DNA of 64,000 bases from an uncultured virus (IMG/VR IMGVR_UViG_3300042569_003179). Lineage: Duplodnaviria > Heunggongvirae > Uroviricota > Caudoviricetes. Positions 60,747 to 64,000 of this stretch are shown here, piece after piece (the first letter of the stretch is position 1; every line of letters starts with the position of its first letter). The stretch lies in IMG/VR virus record IMGVR_UViG_3300042569_003179; one strand, given 5' to 3'. Both the position numbers and the translations under genes were made by a program. The notes under the pieces were generated by a model, which saw nothing but the letters and a program-made list of their open reading frames with translations, made no database searches and was not told the DNA's origin.

Positions 60747-60902
60747 TGCCCCAACCAGGGGTTCGAACCTGGAGGCAAAAGAATCTATTTTCAATAAGAA
60801 GGTTTGATTTCAAGGCCACACCTTATCAACGTAGGTTCAATACGCCTATCAGCATTTACTCGTAGATTTGAACCCTGATGCCTGTTCCAACTACTTTGGG
60901 AC
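60747..60902 (-). ncRNA. 156-nt tRNA-shaped RNA with expanded anticodon arm
   Basis: acceptor GTCCCAA/TTGGGGC-A, T arm CCAGG-TTCGAACC-CCTGG, inner stems AGGCA/TGCCT and AATCTA/TAGATT. Confidence 0.65.
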
Positions 60903-60930
60903 TTTTTTCGTGTTTTGAACATTCCTAACA

Positions 60931-61008
60931 AAGTTAGGCTAGATGATTGTTTTTCCAATTTCGAAGGAGTTGATCGCTGAATCATCTAAGTTTGCAACTG
61001 CAAAACAA
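60931..61008 (-). ncRNA. CAGCAA-type stem RNA, copy 3 (diverged)
   Basis: AGATGATT-CAGCGA...AATCATCT, a compensatory change relative to copies 1-2; follows tRNA-Leu(TAG). Confidence 0.55.
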
Positions 61009-61015
61009 TGGCAAA

Positions 61016-61096
61016 TGCCCACCGGGGGACTCGAACCCCCACGCCTTTCGGCACATGGGCCTAAACCATGCGTGACTTCCATTCCACCAGGCAGGC
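61016..61096 (-). tRNA. tRNA-Leu(TAG)
   Basis: loop TTTAGGC, long variable arm. Confidence 0.9.
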
Positions 61097-61126
61097 TTTT
61101 TTCTAGGGGTTTTTCAAAGAAAAACA

Positions 61127-61284
61127 TTGAAGTGGAGAGGCTTGAACTCTCAATGTTAAGATTGCGTCTGGCTGCTACTTAACAGGTGGTTTCAACCATG
61201 AGCCAGGAAGTTGCTATTAGCATTTACAACCCCATCCGTATCGGCTGATTCCACACCCCCGTATACCAGTTCCGGCACACTTCT
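61127..61284 (-). ncRNA. 158-nt tRNA-shaped RNA with expanded anticodon arm
   Basis: acceptor AGAAGTG/CACTTCA-A, Leu-like D arm, T arm GAGAG-TTCAAGC-CTCTC, variable stem TGTTAAG/CTTAACA. Confidence 0.7.
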
Positions 61285-61302
61285 TCTTTCCTTAGAAAGA
61301 AA

Positions 61303-61383
61303 CTGGAGCGGAAGGACTCGAACCTTCATTGTCTTTCGACACTCGTTAACAGCGAGTTGCATTTCCAATTATGCTACACCCCA
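61303..61383 (-). tRNA. tRNA-Asn(GTT) with long variable arm
   Basis: loop CTGTTAA, G73, extra GTC-GAAA-GAC hairpin. Confidence 0.85.
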
Positions 61384-61544
61384 TTACACCCTGCGTTACG
61401 GCAGGGGACAGTAGGAAACACTCTGGGGTCGCATTGCGTCCCGGTGTGAGTACGAATCGTTACTTAAACCGGTTATTACTGACCCTTAGCTGCAAACCGG
61501 AAACCTGTGCTAAAGGACTTTTTCCTTTCCCGTTAGGGAAAGAA

Positions 61545-61618
61545 TGGGAGCGGTCGGGATCGAACCGACGACCTATCGGTTATCAACCGAGTGCTCTAGA
61601 CCGCTGAGCTACGCTCCC
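61545..61618 (-). tRNA. tRNA-Ile(GAT)
   Basis: cloverleaf, loop TTGATAA. Confidence 0.9.
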
Positions 61619-61824
61619 TTGGTGTTAAATTGTCTAGTTTCTGTCAATGGCGTAACCAGTGGCGTTACTACCAGCGACACCCTTAGTATAGGGTCTTGCC
61701 CCGGTAAAGTAAAGGACGGTTTGCCGCCCCCACCTTACGGACTTTTTCGCGTTTTTCGCTTAGCGAAAGTTGCCTTGCGATTAAACCTTACCAGGGTTAG
61801 CTGGTGGGTTAATCTTAGAGCAAA

Positions 61825-61951
61825 TTGACTACCGAGGACTTGCACCTCGACCCCCTCTGTCCAAAACTACTCGCAGGTACGGAACTTGGCCTTCGTTCTA
61901 TCTTACTGCTTTCGCCCAAAGGGACATGCTGACTTCTAACACTCGTAGTCA
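61825..61951 (-). ncRNA. 127-nt tRNA-shaped RNA with expanded anticodon arm
   Basis: perfect acceptor TGACTAC/GTAGTCA-A, D-like arm, CCCTTTG/CAGAGGG stem enclosing the insert, T arm CGAGG-TGCAAGT-CCTCG. Confidence 0.7.
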
Positions 61952-62113
61952 AAGTCCATTTTACGTCAGGGCGGACACACCCCGTTTGCCTTTGGAAAAC
62001 CAAAGATTTAACCTACCTAGATTTACCCTCTTACACGATAACTCGTTTTGATGCAATCTCCCGATCTGCAGAGGCAAAGTAGGCTAGCCCCGTGGATTAA
62101 TCCCATAGGGCCA

Positions 62114-62187
62114 TACTCTAGAAGGGATTCGAACCCTCGATTTCCTGCTTGAAAGGCAGGCGACTTAGACCGCTTGTCCACTAGAGC
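62114..62187 (-). tRNA. tRNA-Glu(TTC)
   Basis: cloverleaf, loop CTTTCAA. Confidence 0.92.
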
Positions 62188-62278
62188 CTATGCCGCATTG
62201 CTCCGGATACCGGAGTTACGGCTTTTGGCAATTAGGTTGTCAAGTTGCGTTGCTCGGGGTTGTGTCCCTTACCTCTGT

Positions 62279-62323
62279 ATTATAGGTTGCTGGCCCTGGC
62301 AAGTAAAGGGCGGTTAACCGAAC
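62279..62323 (-). promoter_or_regulatory. box promoter at the head of the tRNA cluster
   Basis: CGGTTAACCGCCC-TTTACT-N17-TATAAT. Confidence 0.75.
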
Positions 62324-62335
62324 CTTGCGCATGGG

Positions 62336-62404
62336 GAAAATTTCGGGAGGGGGCGTAAGCCCCCGACCTGGGACGGGCGCCGTAGGCGATTGCCCGGACC
62401 CAAC
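62336..62404. repeat. GC-rich multi-hairpin element, copy 2 (inverted)
   Basis: reverse complement of 27491-27558 with few changes. Confidence 0.85.
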
Positions 62405-62494
62405 ACCACCCAGCATCATGGCGCCAAGGGTAATACCCACTGATGCCACAACCTTCCAGGTATTATACCCCCCCCTATAATCAGCATTATACTA

Positions 62495-63268
62495 CTAAGC
62501 AACAAAATCCCCTAGCTGAATCCTGCCCTCCGGCACCCATTCTTTGACAATGGCCCTAATTATGGGCTTATTCGGTCTATACTGGGGGGGAATATCCGAC
62601 ATGTCCAAACTCTCGGGTCCAACCAAAACCCGTTGACGCTTAATGTAGGTCCCATGGGTGAATGCCCTAGGGAGTTCTTCCCATGGTTTCCCTATTTGTT
62701 TCAGCAAGGTTTTCATTTCTTCGCAAGTTACCCCTTGAAGGTCCTTATGTGAAAATAAACTCTGGGCATACATTGACACTGAGTTTTTCGTAGCGTCATT
62801 GAGCCTCCATAGGAAGTTCTTATAGACGTATTCCAAATTAGGGACATTCCATACCCTGCAGTCAAATACGGGGTACTGGCCTACCTTTTCAGGGAGATAT
62901 TCAGGTAAGTTTCCTGTGAAAAATGCCCCCGCTGTCGAGGCCAGTATTGATGTCAGCTTCTGGTATTTGCCCCTAAATAGAAATTCCCTATTGGAGTAAT
63001 TCCGCTTGTCAAGATGCCAATACAAAGTTATCTCATCGGATTGGCAATACCCTAGTAAAGCCTCACTTTCGGTAACAAGGTGCCTTGTGGTAGCAACCAT
63101 TAGGTTAACGAATCGCTCATCAAACGGCTTTTGGAGGTTATGGGTAAACGAACTAAAGGTCCTCCCATCGATGCGGCACATTAAAGGGCGGAAGGGATTT
63201 GCAGTCCTGCCTGCCTCTTTTTGCTCTTGTTCTTTTAGGGTGTCGCCCAGGGTGTCAGTGTGTGGCAT
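62495..63268 (-). CDS. tRNA(His) guanylyltransferase Thg1-like protein (3'-5' polymerase)
   Basis: RIDGRTFSSFT, KPFD, YCQSDEITL, QKLTS, FDCR and WR..DA.KNS motifs. Confidence 0.92.
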   Translation of the reverse strand: MPHTDTLGDTLKEQEQKEAGRTANPFRPLMCRIDGRTFSSFTHNLQKPFDERFVNLMVATTRHLVTESEALLGYCQSDEITLYWHLDKRNYSNREFLFRGKYQKLTSILASTAGAFFTGNLPEYLPEKVGQYPVFDCRVWNVPNLEYVYKNFLWRLNDATKNSVSMYAQSLFSHKDLQGVTCEEMKTLLKQIGKPWEELPRAFTHGTYIKRQRVLVGPESLDMSDIPPQYRPNKPIIRAIVKEWVPEGRIQLGDFVA

Positions 63269-63362
63269 TTTGTTTTGCTGTGAGTTTTTCTATGGTTGGC
63301 TGGTATTAGTAATTTGTATCTTAGGTTAATTTCAACGTTAAAGGATATGTACATTGTGCGGT

Positions 63363-63752
63363 TTAAGGTTGGTTGCTAGAGAGACTTGCTGTTGAAAAAA
63401 TAACGTTGTCTTGAGAAGGTTTGAGTTTCATGTATACCCTAGTGAGAAACTCCTGGGGTTCAGTGGGGTTGTTCCAGTATATGGGTTTGTACTCGTTATA
63501 GATCAAGTCGCCCCGTGAGTGGAATCTAACGTACCTCTCAAGAATCTCAAAATTAAAATTAAAATAACTGGATAGGATTTCCTCCCCGTCTTGTTCTCTG
63601 ACTTTCAGTTTGCGGTCTCTTCGAATGTAGTACACCAAATAATCACTCTTTCGGGTGAAAAGCCTGCGAAGAAACCCGGAATCTCTAAACTCAAATGCCA
63701 CTTCATAATTGTAACGGTCGAAGTTGAAATTGCTGAGGCTTACGTTTATCAT
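63363..63752 (-). CDS. hypothetical protein
   Basis: co-oriented ORF. Confidence 0.55.
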   Translation of the reverse strand: MINVSLSNFNFDRYNYEVAFEFRDSGFLRRLFTRKSDYLVYYIRRDRKLKVREQDGEEILSSYFNFNFEILERYVRFHSRGDLIYNEYKPIYWNNPTEPQEFLTRVYMKLKPSQDNVIFSTASLSSNQP

Positions 63753-64000
63753 TTTTATCCCCTACGAATAATATTTAAGATAGCCCACATCATCGTAGGC
63801 CTTAAACCAATCCCTCACCCAGAGTTCAGGGTTTTCCTGGTTTTCTGGCACCATTACGTTGAGTAAGCCACCCCTCAGTAATGCCCTACCATACACCCCC
63901 CCAACATAAGCCCAAGCGTGTCTTGGATCCCCCTTAAGCATAGCATGGAGCTTATCCACGGCTTTCTCTAGGTTGACGCAACCACGTCTGTAGCAAGGTT

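Noticed and set aside
60790..60860. Hammerhead ribozyme in the tRNA-like insert
   Set aside because: CTGATAG does not match the CUGANGA core and the three stems could not be built
60454..62003. Short ORFs called across the tRNA cluster
   Set aside because: They overlap clear tRNA or tRNA-like genes and lack protein motifs
1095..63866. Plus-strand ORFs in general
   Set aside because: They lie antisense to better supported minus-strand genes or RNAs; promoters and leaders point to the minus strand

Overview
A 64 kb stretch of a large lytic phage genome, probably a jumbo myovirus of freshwater picocyanobacteria. The host call is an inference from a permuted two-piece tmRNA with a Synechococcus/Cyanobium-like tag, a short cyanobacterial-type EF-Ts, an SLH-domain porin and a GH104 lysozyme/RlpA pair. 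Essentially all real genes lie on the minus strand as dense small ORFs, driven by many sigma70-like promoters that share a palindromic CGGTTAACCG box next to the -35. Recognisable functions: NADAR, two RNA ligases, HNH endonuclease, an adjacent PRS-like + NAMPT-like pair (NARP1 NAD+ rebuilding layout), envelope proteins, Pth2-like hydrolase, tmRNA, SF1 helicase, nucleotidyltransferase, EF-Ts, radical SAM enzyme, dNMP-kinase-like protein, YgiB/YgiC-like pair, methyltransferase, a Thg1-like 3'-5' polymerase and about 17 tRNAs without encoded CCA. The most unusual part is the 58.6-62.2 kb RNA cluster. It holds four tRNA-shaped RNAs whose anticodon arm is replaced by a long structured insert, three copies of a stem RNA (two displaying an isolated anticodon-like loop) each placed just 3' of a tRNA, and several structurally deviant tRNAs. 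A 114-bp palindrome-rich element occurs twice identically. No structural, replication-core, integrase or CRISPR genes were seen. All folds and alignments were done by eye.
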